Source of the DNA: an uncultured delta proteobacterium
GTDB taxonomy: Bacteria > Myxococcota_A > Polyangia > Polyangiales > Polyangiaceae
DNA length: 64,000 nucleotides
Assembly: GCA_963806225.1 (NCBI GenBank)
Contig: CAWDXG010000004.1
Coordinates: 2,016,001-2,080,000, forward strand
Reading direction: 5' to 3'
Positions 1 to 9,230 of the stretch are shown here, piece after piece. A program made the position numbers and the translations under genes. Under the pieces are notes generated by a model. It ran no database searches. It was not told the DNA's origin and saw nothing but the letters and a program-made list of their open reading frames with translations. Every line of letters starts with the position of its first letter. Position 1 is the stretch's first letter.

Positions 1-275
1 CTGTCGTTGCGCCCGGTCAACACGAGCACGGGGAGAAGCGGCAGCCGGCTGCGAGCGAAGCCCGCAACGTCGAGACCGGAGCCATCCGGCAACCCGATGT
101 CGACAACGAGCCCGGTCCAGCGCGTCTCTCCCCGGAGCAGGGCACACGCTTCCGCTACACTTCCGGCAATCCGCGTGGTGCGAAACCGTTCGAGGAGCCG
201 GGCCAGTGTCTTGGCGTTGCCGAGCTCATCCTCGACAACCAGCAGTTCACCGGTGGGACGCATGGACGGTTCCAT
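1..275 (-). CDS. Response regulator receiver-domain protein (3' part runs off the window)
   Basis: Manual reverse-strand translation from ATG at 275: MEPSMRPTGELLVVEDELGNAKTLARLL...LVVDIGLPDGSGLDVA...PVLVLTGRND, with REC motifs and a GAGGTAGG RBS. Not in the ORF track. Confidence 0.85.
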   Translation of the reverse strand, partial: MEPSMRPTGELLVVEDELGNAKTLARLLERFRTTRIAGSVAEACALLRGETRWTGLVVDIGLPDGSGLDVAGFARSRLPLLPVLVLTGRND

Positions 276-368
276 CCTACCTCACCGGCGCGCCGGAAGT
301 CGCCAGCGTTCAGCCCAGCGCCCGGATCGGGCCAGCCTCGCGGGTTTTCTCGCGAGAAGACGCTGGCC

Positions 369-1406
369 TCAGCACGAGGCTTCGAGCGGCTTTCGCGCGA
401 CTACGACCTTGGCGACGAAACACGGATCGGCCGCCTGGACTTCGAAGCCGGCCTCGGGCAGGGCCAGGCAAAGGTCATCGTCCAGATAGTCCGGAAAGAA
501 GGGCTCGTGGAACTCCTCGCTAAAGCGCTCCAGGAAGAACGCCACATTGCCCGCGTCCGCGTGCTGCGCCGAATCCTCGATCACCAGCAGGCCGCCCGGA
601 CGCAGCACCCGGAACATCTCCTGGAACACGTTGCGCCGTGCATTGCGGGGCAGCTCGTGGAACAAGTACACGCTGGTGAGCACGTCGAAGTAGTTGTCAC
701 AGAACGGCATGTGCTCGGCGTTCTCGGCCACCAGCGACACATCCGGCACCTCGCGCAGAAGGTCCCGGGCGGCCTGGGTGTAGTACGGGCTGAGGTCGAG
801 CCCGTAGAGCTTCAGCCCGGGATGAGCCATCGCGATCTGCAGCAGCGTGCGGCCCGTGCCCGAGGCGACATCGAGAAGCCGGGGGCGCTCCGGAGTCTGC
901 TCGCGGAGAAAACGCGTGACGGGCGGGATGACCTGGCGGCGCATGACGTCCGCCATGCCCAGGAACAGGAACTCGACACCGATATCGTAGAGCTCCGCCG
1001 AGCGCCTGCTCAGGTAGCCGTCGGTCTGCCAGTGGAAGTTGCGCCGGAAATACGCCGGGTAGCCGGCCAGGTCGACGCCCCGCGGAAGATCCTTGTAGTC
1101 GCCCCTGCGCGAGCGGCGGATGGCCCGGGGGAAATCGCGCACAAGCCGCGGAAAGCGGCGCGCGTATCCCACGACCGGCATCTGGAACAGCAGCTTGCGC
1201 GGATACAGCCCCTGCTCCGCGTTCGAAAGATCCCGGAAAATCAGATCGGCGTATCTCTGCCGCACTTCCGCGACCGCGCGGGAGCTGGGCCGTATCTTCA
1301 TCCCGCTCACACTGCGGAGCAGCTGATGGGCCGCAAGGCAGTTGACGAGCCAGGTTGTCTGCTGCGCGCGGTAGGCGGCCCGCTGCACAGGGCGCGCGAG
1401 GGGCAT
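369..1406 (-). CDS. Class I SAM-dependent methyltransferase
   Basis: LLDVASGTG motif I, GLDLSPYY, VYLFHELP, RVLRPGG, and N-terminal NFHWQTDGYLS. Start taken at MPLARPVQ. Confidence 0.85.
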   Translation of the reverse strand: MPLARPVQRAAYRAQQTTWLVNCLAAHQLLRSVSGMKIRPSSRAVAEVRQRYADLIFRDLSNAEQGLYPRKLLFQMPVVGYARRFPRLVRDFPRAIRRSRRGDYKDLPRGVDLAGYPAYFRRNFHWQTDGYLSRRSAELYDIGVEFLFLGMADVMRRQVIPPVTRFLREQTPERPRLLDVASGTGRTLLQIAMAHPGLKLYGLDLSPYYTQAARDLLREVPDVSLVAENAEHMPFCDNYFDVLTSVYLFHELPRNARRNVFQEMFRVLRPGGLLVIEDSAQHADAGNVAFFLERFSEEFHEPFFPDYLDDDLCLALPEAGFEVQAADPCFVAKVVVARKPLEASC

Positions 1407-1582
1407 CACCACGAAGGACCTCCAGACATGAACGAACACAGTTCTACCGGGCAGACAGCAACCGCACAAGGACACACACCCAGACCTACATGCATCTCCG
1501 GTTGACGACGCTCAGCGGGAACGTCACCTCACCGACTTCCGCTCTCGCGTCTACCGGCTGGCGGTGTCAGAATGAAGGAACG

Positions 1583-1948
1583 ATGAGCAGCATCGCACCG
1601 AAGGGCAGTGGCGGGTCAGACCGAGGATCCGGTACGCACCGTCTAGGTGCCGATCGGCGTCGCATCTCGCGCGTTGGCGTCGAGCTCGTCATCGATCTCG
1701 AGCTGGAAGGGGGAAGGCGCCTGGCCGGTGTCGCACTCGACGTGGGGCTGGGCGGCATGTTCATCGAGTCGGTGGAAGTGCTCGCGTACGGATCGCAGCT
1801 CACCGTGCTGGTGCGCGGCGGCGCGATCAGGTTGCCCGCCATCGTGCGCTGGTCCTCGGGGAACGGGATGGGCGTGCAGTTCGGCCTGCTCGGCGCACGC
1901 GAGACCCAGGCCGTGGCCGATCTCGTCGAGCAAGCCAAGGGCGGCTGA
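1583..1948 (+). CDS. PilZ domain protein
   Basis: RRRISR (RxxxR), DVGLGGMF (DxSxGG-like), and VRWSSGNGMGVQF. Confidence 0.85.
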   Translation: MSSIAPKGSGGSDRGSGTHRLGADRRRISRVGVELVIDLELEGGRRLAGVALDVGLGGMFIESVEVLAYGSQLTVLVRGGAIRLPAIVRWSSGNGMGVQFGLLGARETQAVADLVEQAKGG

Positions 1949-2010
1949 GAAGCGCTGTCGCGGCGCGGGGCTGGCGCTCCGCGCCGGGATCCCTACACTC
2001 TGTCGCCCCG

Positions 2011-3189
2011 ATGGATCCCGCGTACAAGAGCGCGCTGAACCGGGACGTCCCTCCCGCGGCGCCCGGCGAGTTCACGCCGCTGTCGCTCGGCGCGCTCGCC
2101 GTGTGGCCCCCGGTCGTGTTGGCGCCCATGGCCGGCGTGACGAACTACCCCTTCCGGTCCATCTGCCGGCACTTCGGCGCGGGGCTGTACGTGAGCGAGA
2201 TGATCACGGCACGTCCGTTGGTAGAGGGGCGCGGCAAGACGCTCAAGCTCGCCGACTTCGGACCTGGCGAGAGCCCGCGCAGCCTACAGCTCTACGGCGT
2301 CGATCCCTACTACGTGGGTGAAGCCGTGAAACGCCTGGTCGGCGAAGGCCGCGTCGACCATGTCGACATGAACTTCGGCTGTCCCGTGCGCAAGGTCACG
2401 CGCAAGGGCGGCGGCTCCGCCATCCCCGTCAAGCCGAGGCTGCTCGCCAACATCGTGCGCGCCGCCGTGAAGAACGCCGGCGACGTGCCCGTGACGATCA
2501 AGTTCCGCATGGGCATCCACGACGGGCTCCTGACGTATCTCACCGCCGGCCGCGTCGGGGAGGACGAAGGCGTGCGCGCCGTCGCCCTGCACGCGCGAAC
2601 GGCGGCGCAGCTCTACGACGGCGAGGCCCGCTGGGACGCCATCGCGGAGCTGAAGCAGGCCGTCGGCATCCCGGTGCTCGGCAACGGCGACATCTGGGAG
2701 GCCGGCGACGCTTTGCGCATGATGCGCCAGACCGGCTGCGACGGAGTCGTCGTTGGACGAGGCTGCCTTGGCCGGCCGTGGCTGTTCCGCGATCTGGCCG
2801 ACGTCTTCGACGGGCGCGAGCCCGCCGATCCGCCCGACCTCGGCGCTGTCGTCGGGATCATGCTCGATCACGCGCAGAGGCTCTCGGACTGGTTTGGCGA
2901 AGCACCGGCGATGCGGGCCTTCCGCCGCCACGCCACCTGGTACACCAAGGGCTTCCGCGGCAGCGCGGCGCTGCGCCAGCAACTGATGCGCGTCGAGACG
3001 CTCCGCCAGCTCCGCGACGTGCTCTCCAGCGTCGACGGGTCGCAGCCGTTTCCACCGTCGGCGATGCGCGTGCCGCGCGGCAAGAGCGCGGGCACGCAAC
3101 AGGTCAGCCTGCCCGAGGGCTACCTCGGCAATCTGGACGACGCGACGCCGCCCGACGCTGCGGCTGGCGACGCCGTGTCCGGCGGCTGA
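2011..3189 (+). CDS. dusB: tRNA-dihydrouridine synthase DusB
   Basis: LAPMAGVT, DMNFGCP, HARTAAQLY, GNGDI and GRGCLGRPWLF motifs. Confidence 0.92.
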   Translation: MDPAYKSALNRDVPPAAPGEFTPLSLGALAVWPPVVLAPMAGVTNYPFRSICRHFGAGLYVSEMITARPLVEGRGKTLKLADFGPGESPRSLQLYGVDPYYVGEAVKRLVGEGRVDHVDMNFGCPVRKVTRKGGGSAIPVKPRLLANIVRAAVKNAGDVPVTIKFRMGIHDGLLTYLTAGRVGEDEGVRAVALHARTAAQLYDGEARWDAIAELKQAVGIPVLGNGDIWEAGDALRMMRQTGCDGVVVGRGCLGRPWLFRDLADVFDGREPADPPDLGAVVGIMLDHAQRLSDWFGEAPAMRAFRRHATWYTKGFRGSAALRQQLMRVETLRQLRDVLSSVDGSQPFPPSAMRVPRGKSAGTQQVSLPEGYLGNLDDATPPDAAAGDAVSGG

Positions 3190-3295
3190 TCGCCAGCCCG
3201 GCGGAACCACTCGGTTTTCGCGCCCAGCCGGCCAACGCGTTGTTGACGGCGATCAGCGGGGGTAGACTCCGCGGCCAGGGCAGGAGGCGTGGACG

Positions 3296-3910
3296 ATGCG
3301 GACAACCAGGATCGTGTCCGGCTTCGTAGGATGGCGGTGGACGCCGTTCTGCGCGCTCGTCGCGGGTTCCCTCGTCTACGTCGGCCTGGTCGTGCTGGTC
3401 GTCCCGGAGAACCTCGGCAAGCTGCCGAAGAGCCAGCTGTCTGGGCTGGCTCCACAGAGCGACACGCTCACGGCCCGGACGCTCGGCAGCAGCCCGTCGC
3501 TCTCCTCGCCGGGCCAGCACCGCACCCTGGCCGGCGCAGGGCTCGCGCACGAGCCGGACGCGCCGGTAGCCCCGCGGCACCACCTCGTGGAGTCTCGCAC
3601 CGCCGCGCTCGACGGCGAGCCCCACTTGATCCGCGCGCCGTCGCCTCCACCCGCTCCCGCACCTCCTCCCGCGCCCGCTCCGCCACCGCCGCCGGAACCC
3701 GCGGAGCAGGCGCCCCCGCCCAACGAACCTCCGGCTCCGCCGGCTCCGGAACCAGAACCGCCGATCATCCAGCACCGTGTGCTGAACGGCCTGCACATGA
3801 TTTCTCCGCGCATCGCGGCTCCGCCCGGCAACGCCAATCAACCGGCCGACGATAGTGACAACGGCGGCGACAACGACGGCAGCGACAACGGCGGCGAGGG
3901 GCAACAGTAG
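3296..3910 (+). CDS. Hypothetical membrane-anchored Pro-rich protein
   Basis: N-terminal hydrophobic helix, poly-Pro/Ala tract, acidic tail; fills the gap between neighbours. Confidence 0.6.
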   Translation: MRTTRIVSGFVGWRWTPFCALVAGSLVYVGLVVLVVPENLGKLPKSQLSGLAPQSDTLTARTLGSSPSLSSPGQHRTLAGAGLAHEPDAPVAPRHHLVESRTAALDGEPHLIRAPSPPPAPAPPPAPAPPPPPEPAEQAPPPNEPPAPPAPEPEPPIIQHRVLNGLHMISPRIAAPPGNANQPADDSDNGGDNDGSDNGGEGQQ

Positions 3911-3913
3911 CGC

Positions 3914-4276
3914 TCAATCCCCGCGACCGCGCAGGCGCCGGAGAGCACGCCGATCCGCCTTGGTCGGCCGCCCCGCTCCGCGCGCGCGCGGCGCAATGCG
4001 TTCTTCCCGGGGTGGGGGAGGCGGCGAGTGATCCTCGTACAGCTCCCGCGCGCGTGGCGGTGACTGCCGCTTGTCGGCCAGAGCGATCACGTCGAACACG
4101 ATGGGCCCGCGCGGAGCCAGCGCGTCGATGCGATCGCCGATCTTGACCGGAGTGCTGGGCTCGGCGTTCCTGCCGTTGAGCTTCACGTGGCCGCCGCGGC
4201 ACGCCTCCTGCGCGAGCGTGCGGGTCTTGTACAGCCTGGCTGCGCACAACCAGCGGTCGATGCGCACGGAATCCAT
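3914..4276 (-). CDS. hslR: Ribosome-associated heat shock protein Hsp15 (S4 domain)
   Basis: VRIDRWLCAARLYKTR...GGHVKLNG...GAGRPTKADRR. Confidence 0.9.
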   Translation of the reverse strand: MDSVRIDRWLCAARLYKTRTLAQEACRGGHVKLNGRNAEPSTPVKIGDRIDALAPRGPIVFDVIALADKRQSPPRARELYEDHSPPPPPREERIAPRARGAGRPTKADRRALRRLRGRGD

Positions 4277-4417
4277 GCCGCCCAGGGTAGCGCAGTCTGA
4301 CGCCGGTCACATCGCCTAGGCCCTGCGGGGCTTCACGGCAGGCGTTACGTGCCTATGCTGTTTCGCGGCTGCCAGGACCCCCACCCTCTCCCAGCACCCC
4401 ACGGAACGGAGCACACG

Positions 4418-5230
4418 ATGCCGGATATCGCAATCAACGGAGCGCAGCTGTACTACGAGGACACGGGGGCGGGATCGACGGGGGAGACGATCGTGTTCAG
4501 CCACGGGCTGCTCTGGAGCCTCGAGATGTTCCGGCCCCAGATGGATCACCTGCGCGAGCGCTACCGCTGCATCGGCTACGACCACCGCGGCCAAGGCAAG
4601 AGTAGCGACGTGGAGGCGCGCTCCATCGGCATGGAGGCGCTCTTCCAGGACGCCGCGGGACTGATCGAGCACCTCGAGCTCGGCCCGGTGCACTTCGCGG
4701 GGCTGTCGATGGGCGGCTTCGTGGCGATGCGCATGGCCGCGCGGCGACCCGACCTCCTGCGCTCGCTCATCCTGATGGAAACCAGCGCCGATCGCGAGCC
4801 CGCGGAGAACATCCGGCGCTACCGCATGCTGAACGCCGTCGCGCGCTACGCCGGGCTGAAGCTCGTCGCCGACCGCGTCATGCCGATCATGTTCGGGCAG
4901 GAGTTCTTGACCGACCCTGCGCGCGAAAGCGAGCGCGCCGTGTGGCGGGAGCGGCTGGTCGGGAACCGCCGCAGCATCTGGCGCGCCGTCAACGGCGTCA
5001 TCGACCGCGCTCCGATCGCGCCTGAGCTCGCGCGCATCGACCTGCCCACGCTCGTCATCGTGGGCGAGCAGGACGTGGCGACGGTGCCCGAGAAGGCCGA
5101 GCGGATCCACGCGGCCATCGCCGGCTCGAAGCTCGTGCGCATCCCCGGCGCCGGGCACAGCTCTACGCTCGAGCAGCCCGAACGCGTCAACGCGGCGCTG
5201 GACGAGTTCCTCGGCTCGCTGGCGCGTTGA
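4418..5230 (+). CDS. Alpha/beta fold hydrolase
   Basis: HGLL, YDHRGQGKS, GLSMGG nucleophile elbow, GEQD, GAGH. Confidence 0.9.
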   Translation: MPDIAINGAQLYYEDTGAGSTGETIVFSHGLLWSLEMFRPQMDHLRERYRCIGYDHRGQGKSSDVEARSIGMEALFQDAAGLIEHLELGPVHFAGLSMGGFVAMRMAARRPDLLRSLILMETSADREPAENIRRYRMLNAVARYAGLKLVADRVMPIMFGQEFLTDPARESERAVWRERLVGNRRSIWRAVNGVIDRAPIAPELARIDLPTLVIVGEQDVATVPEKAERIHAAIAGSKLVRIPGAGHSSTLEQPERVNAALDEFLGSLAR

Positions 5231-5308
5231 CACGGTGCCCGCTGTGCGCCACGGATCCGCCGGCGGGACGGCGACCGAGGGGCGCCGATCCTGCGGTCAG
5301 GACAGAAG

Positions 5309-6116
5309 ATGGAAGAAGAACAGAGCGCGCTACAACGCGTGCTTCAAATCGAGCGCGCTGACAAAGCGCACTTTTCGTTCCGGATCGAGGACGGCTGGCA
5401 GCAGGGTCGCGGCGCGTTCGGCGGCGTGGTGCTAGGCGCTCTGCTGCGCGCGGTCGAAGCGAGCGAGCCAGACGCCGAGCGGCGGCTGCGCTCGCTGACG
5501 GGCGAGATCGTCGCGCCGGTGCTGGTGGGCGAGGCGGAGGTTTTCGTCGAGGCGGTCCGCATCGGCAAGGGCGTCTCCACTTGGGGGGCGACGCTGAGGC
5601 AGGGCGGCGCGATCGCCGCGCGCGCCAGCGTCGTGCTCGGCCGCAATCGCCGCGACGACCATCACTGGGCACCCGAGCCGCCGGAAGTGGGCGGGCCGTG
5701 GCAGGACGTGGCCGCCTTCCCGTCGGAAGCTCCAACGCCCACCTTCACGCAGCACTTCGAGTATCGGAACGTCGGCCCCCTGCCCTTCTCCGGTAGCAAC
5801 GATCCCGAGGCGCGCGGCTGGATCCGCCCGCGCGCGGCGCGCGTGGACTGGGACGCGGCCAGCGTGCTGGCCACGGCCGACGCATGGTGGCCCGCTTCGC
5901 TCGCGCTCGAGCCCGGGCCGCGCCCCGTCGCCACCGTCGCTTTCACGCTACAGCTCTTCTCCCCCAATCCGCCGCCCGCCCCGGACGCGCCGCTCTTCTA
6001 CCGCGCCCGCGGGCTCGCCGCCCAGGACGGCTTCGAGATGGAAATGCGCGAGCTATCGGACCCCCGCCGGCGGTCTGGTCGCGCTGAACCAGCAGACGTT
6101 TGTCTGGATCAAGTAG
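5309..6116 (+). CDS. Hotdog-fold thioesterase family protein, apparent +1 frameshift at ~6057
   Basis: WQQGRGAFGG, PTFTQHFEYR, ADAWWP. Removing one C at 6057 gives a typical end ELWTPAGGLVALNQQTFVWIK* (TAG 6114-6116). Confidence 0.75.
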
Positions 6117-6340
6117 GGCGCTTGCGTCCGGCGCGGGCTCAGCCCTGGCGATGACTGGTCTTGTTGCATGACGTGAACTCCGCATCGCCGCTGCTTCGAG
6201 CAGTAGGCGGCGGGGCCCCTGGCCCTCGCGCTGGCCAGCCGTGCCATCCAGACAGAAGGGTAGCCCCTCTTCGGGCACCCTCGGTGCGTGTCGAAGCAGG
6301 GTCGCGCGATGTATCGCTGACCCGCGCAGCGGAAGCTCGA

Positions 6341-6817
6341 CTAGTTGCAGGGCGCGGCGCCGGCGGCGTGCGTGCAGTGGACCGACTGAGCCGACGGCTG
6401 GTCGTTCTTCGCGTACCCGAGGTGCGTCTCGACGCAGCTCTGCCGGGCCGCCGAATACGAGTCGTACTTGGTGAGGCAATCGTCCATCGACGCGTAGTGC
6501 CCGGTCGATCCGAACGTGCACGTCGTCTGGTAGTCCGCGCAGAAGGCCTTTGCCGCAGCGCTGGCCCCGCCGCTGCCACCCGTCCCGCCCATGCTGCCAC
6601 CGCTGCCGGCGGTGCCGCCCGTCCCGCCCGTGCTGCCGCCGCTGCCGGCGGTGCCGCCCGTCCCGCCCGTGCTGCCGCCGCTGCCGCCGGTGCCCGAACC
6701 CGCGCTGCCGCCGGTCGCGCCGGTTCCGCCGGTTCCGCCACCGGAATCGCTACTGGAACAGCCCGCCAGAGCCACTGCCCCAGAGAGAACGAAAAGACCA
6801 ATTGATCGAACAAGCAT
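6341..6817 (-). CDS. Small lipoprotein with Gly/Ser/Thr linker and Cys-containing C-domain
   Basis: Lipobox ALAGC, GGTGG repeats, Cys-rich C-terminus. Confidence 0.75.
   Translation of the reverse strand: MLVRSIGLFVLSGAVALAGCSSSDSGGGTGGTGATGGSAGSGTGGSGGSTGGTGGTAGSGGSTGGTGGTAGSGGSMGGTGGSGGASAAAKAFCADYQTTCTFGSTGHYASMDDCLTKYDSYSAARQSCVETHLGYAKNDQPSAQSVHCTHAAGAAPCN
6580..6685. repeat. Coding tandem repeat (~39-bp unit) in the Gly-rich linker
   Basis: tgctgccgccgctgccggcggtgccgcccgtcccgcccg repeated about 2.5 times. Confidence 0.7.
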
Positions 6818-6895
6818 GGGATGCGCCCTCCTCCGGAGCACGATGCCTGATCCGGAGACCACCAGCAACCCACGGTCACCAAACTGGCGGCATCC

Positions 6896-7603
6896 TCAGC
6901 CCCAGAAAAACTCGAGCGTTCCATCCCCAGGACCGTCGAGCTTCACCCAGACTTCGCCGTCAACCCGACAGGCGCTCATCGCGCCTTCGACGACGCCGAC
7001 CTGGTAGGTATCGATGAACGCCGGAAAGTCGGAGAAGTGATAGGCAGCGTGCCCCTCGCCCAGCGACTCGAACCTCACCTTGCCGAAGCTGGCCGATATC
7101 TTCCAGCCGCGCGCTCCGAGTGAAGCCACGCGGGCGAAATCCTTGCCCACCACGGCGAAGAGCACCTTGCCAATCCGCGCCTGCAACAGCGCCTCGTATG
7201 CGCTCCGGCCGAGACGGCGCACGCCGTCCCCCACTTGAAGCGTCGGGTAGAGGACCTCGGCCGCAGCCATGAGCAGGCGCATCAGCTCGGAGAAGGGGTA
7301 GTCGAAGAACGGCAGGATGCGATGGTGCTCCAAGCCCGCCGCGGCAAACAAGTCGAAGCGGGGCGCGCAATCCTCGACCTTGCGGAGCGCGTCGAGGAGG
7401 AACATCCCCTTCGTGGTCGCGCCCGGCGGCAGCAAACGGACACTCTCCTCCACGTCGATTCCATCCGGGAAACGAGGGGGGCTGGCGCCGTAGCTGGCCG
7501 TTCTCACGCCACGATATTGCCGAAGATCATCTGGAATGTGGAGCACCTGCGGGTGCGGGCGCGACGGGCACACTCGGCCTGGCTCGGGGTGAAAGGGGTT
7601 CAC
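6896..7603 (-). CDS. DUF2378 / TIGR02265-type Myxococcales protein
   Basis: TTKGMF...FFDYP...GRSAYEAL...GVVEGA pattern; true start may lie downstream. Confidence 0.7.
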   Translation of the reverse strand: MNPFHPEPGRVCPSRPHPQVLHIPDDLRQYRGVRTASYGASPPRFPDGIDVEESVRLLPPGATTKGMFLLDALRKVEDCAPRFDLFAAAGLEHHRILPFFDYPFSELMRLLMAAAEVLYPTLQVGDGVRRLGRSAYEALLQARIGKVLFAVVGKDFARVASLGARGWKISASFGKVRFESLGEGHAAYHFSDFPAFIDTYQVGVVEGAMSACRVDGEVWVKLDGPGDGTLEFFWG

Positions 7604-7644
7604 GGGGGGCGCAGACGGGCGGATGATGGGCGCGGAGGCTTGTC

Positions 7645-8895
7645 ATGGCGAAGCAGGGGCTAGTGATCGCTAGCTTGGGTCTATTGGTGGGGCTCGGCGC
7701 GTGCGGCGGAAGCAGCACCGCCAGCATCAAGGGTACCGGCGGGACCGGCGGCACAGCCGGCGCAAGCGGGGGCACGGGTGCCAGCGGCGGCAGCGCGGGC
7801 GCCAGCGGCGGCACGGCCGGAAGCGCTGGCGCGAGCGGCGGCAGCGGCGGCAGCGCGGGCTCCGGCGGCGTGCCGCTGGGCGACGTGCCCGGCAAGCTCG
7901 CCAAGGCGTACTGCGACCTGTACGACAAGTGCTACGGCGCGCTGGTCGACTTCTCCACACCCGGCGAGGATTGCGCCACCCTCACGCAGAAGACGATCGA
8001 GGACGGCGGCTTCAACGAGCTCTCGAACTCCGTGAACGCCGGCACGGTCCAGTACCACTCCGACAAGGTGCAGGCGTGCCTCGACGCCATCGCGAACGAG
8101 TCGTGCGACAAGCTCCTGCAGCGCAGCATCCCGGAGTGCCTGGCCGCCATGGCAGGCACGGTGGACGTCGGCGGCGACTGCAACATCGACAACGACTGCA
8201 AGGGCACGGATGTGTTCTGCCAGGCGAGCAGCGCGTGCCCCGGCAAGTGCACCAAGCTCCTGGGCGCAGGCCAGGATTGCACCCGCGACGCGATGTGCCA
8301 GAGCGGACTGAACTGCGATTCGACCACCAAGAAGTGCGTCAAACCCGCAGCGCTCGGCAATGCGTGCGGCGGCGGAGTGGAACCGGACTGCGGCCCGCCG
8401 GGCATCTGCCTTGGAGAGAACACGCAGCAGTCGCAACCCGGCACGTGCAAGACGGTGGCCCAGATCCTGATCGCTGCCGACGGCGCGACGTGCGACCCGC
8501 AGAACGGCCCGTGGTGCAAGAACGCCGAGCCGTGCGCCATCACGGGCTACGCGAGCGGCAGCCTCGTGGCCTCGTGCAGCGCGGCGGTCGGCTCCGGCGC
8601 GGCCTGCCACCTGGCCTATCCGGACGAGTGCCCGGCTGGCGAGTACTGCGACATCACCCCGACGCAGGTGTACACCGGACAAGCCGGCACCTGCACGGCG
8701 CTGCCCAAGGCCGGCGCGGCGTGCGTCACCCCGCTCAGCGGGCTGAACGGCTGCGAGCCGTACGCGCGCTGCGACACGACGACGAACAAGTGCGCCGCGC
8801 TACACCGGCTCGGCGAGCCGTGCGCCTCGGACGTTGGCTGCTACAGCGGCCGTTGCGACAAGGGCGGGTGCGCGCCGAGCGTGTGCACGAACTGA
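7645..8895 (+). CDS. Cys-rich lipoprotein
   Basis: Lipobox LGAC, Gly-rich linker, repeated Cys modules. Confidence 0.8.
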   Translation: MAKQGLVIASLGLLVGLGACGGSSTASIKGTGGTGGTAGASGGTGASGGSAGASGGTAGSAGASGGSGGSAGSGGVPLGDVPGKLAKAYCDLYDKCYGALVDFSTPGEDCATLTQKTIEDGGFNELSNSVNAGTVQYHSDKVQACLDAIANESCDKLLQRSIPECLAAMAGTVDVGGDCNIDNDCKGTDVFCQASSACPGKCTKLLGAGQDCTRDAMCQSGLNCDSTTKKCVKPAALGNACGGGVEPDCGPPGICLGENTQQSQPGTCKTVAQILIAADGATCDPQNGPWCKNAEPCAITGYASGSLVASCSAAVGSGAACHLAYPDECPAGEYCDITPTQVYTGQAGTCTALPKAGAACVTPLSGLNGCEPYARCDTTTNKCAALHRLGEPCASDVGCYSGRCDKGGCAPSVCTN

Positions 8896-8896
8896 C

Positions 8897-9031
8897 GAGG
8901 CGAGGAACAACTTCAACTCCTACGGCAGCACGAAGAGCTGCACCCAGTAAAACACCGCCTACGACAACGCCGTGCTGGACGCATACAAGCAGTACTCGAC
9001 CGCTTCGGGCTGGCCGGCGCACGCATACTGA
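8897..9031 (+). pseudogene. Orphan 3' gene remnant with internal TAA
   Basis: EARNNFNSYGSTKSCTQ*NTAYDNAVLDAYKQYSTASGWPAHAY*; coding-like third-position GC bias, no start codon. Confidence 0.5.
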
Positions 9032-9058
9032 GGCGGGTGACCCTGGAGCGGCGCGGCG

Positions 9059-9200
9059 TCAGCGACATCCGAACTCGCGGAAGTAGTAGCGGTGGTCGCC
9101 GTAGCGCGCGCCGACGGCGTACTTGGTGCCGTCGGTGGTTGGGATGGCAAGCTGGACGATGCCGTACGGGACCGGGGAAATACCCACCTTGGAGCTCCAG
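9059..9200 (-). pseudogene. Orphan 3' gene remnant
   Basis: ...GISPVPYGIVQLAIPTTDGTKYAVGARYGDHRYYFREFGCR*; protein-like, with no plausible 5' part (MATE gene lies there). Confidence 0.4.
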
Positions 9201-9230
9201 GGCTGCCCGCTTCGGTATGCTCCGCCCCCC

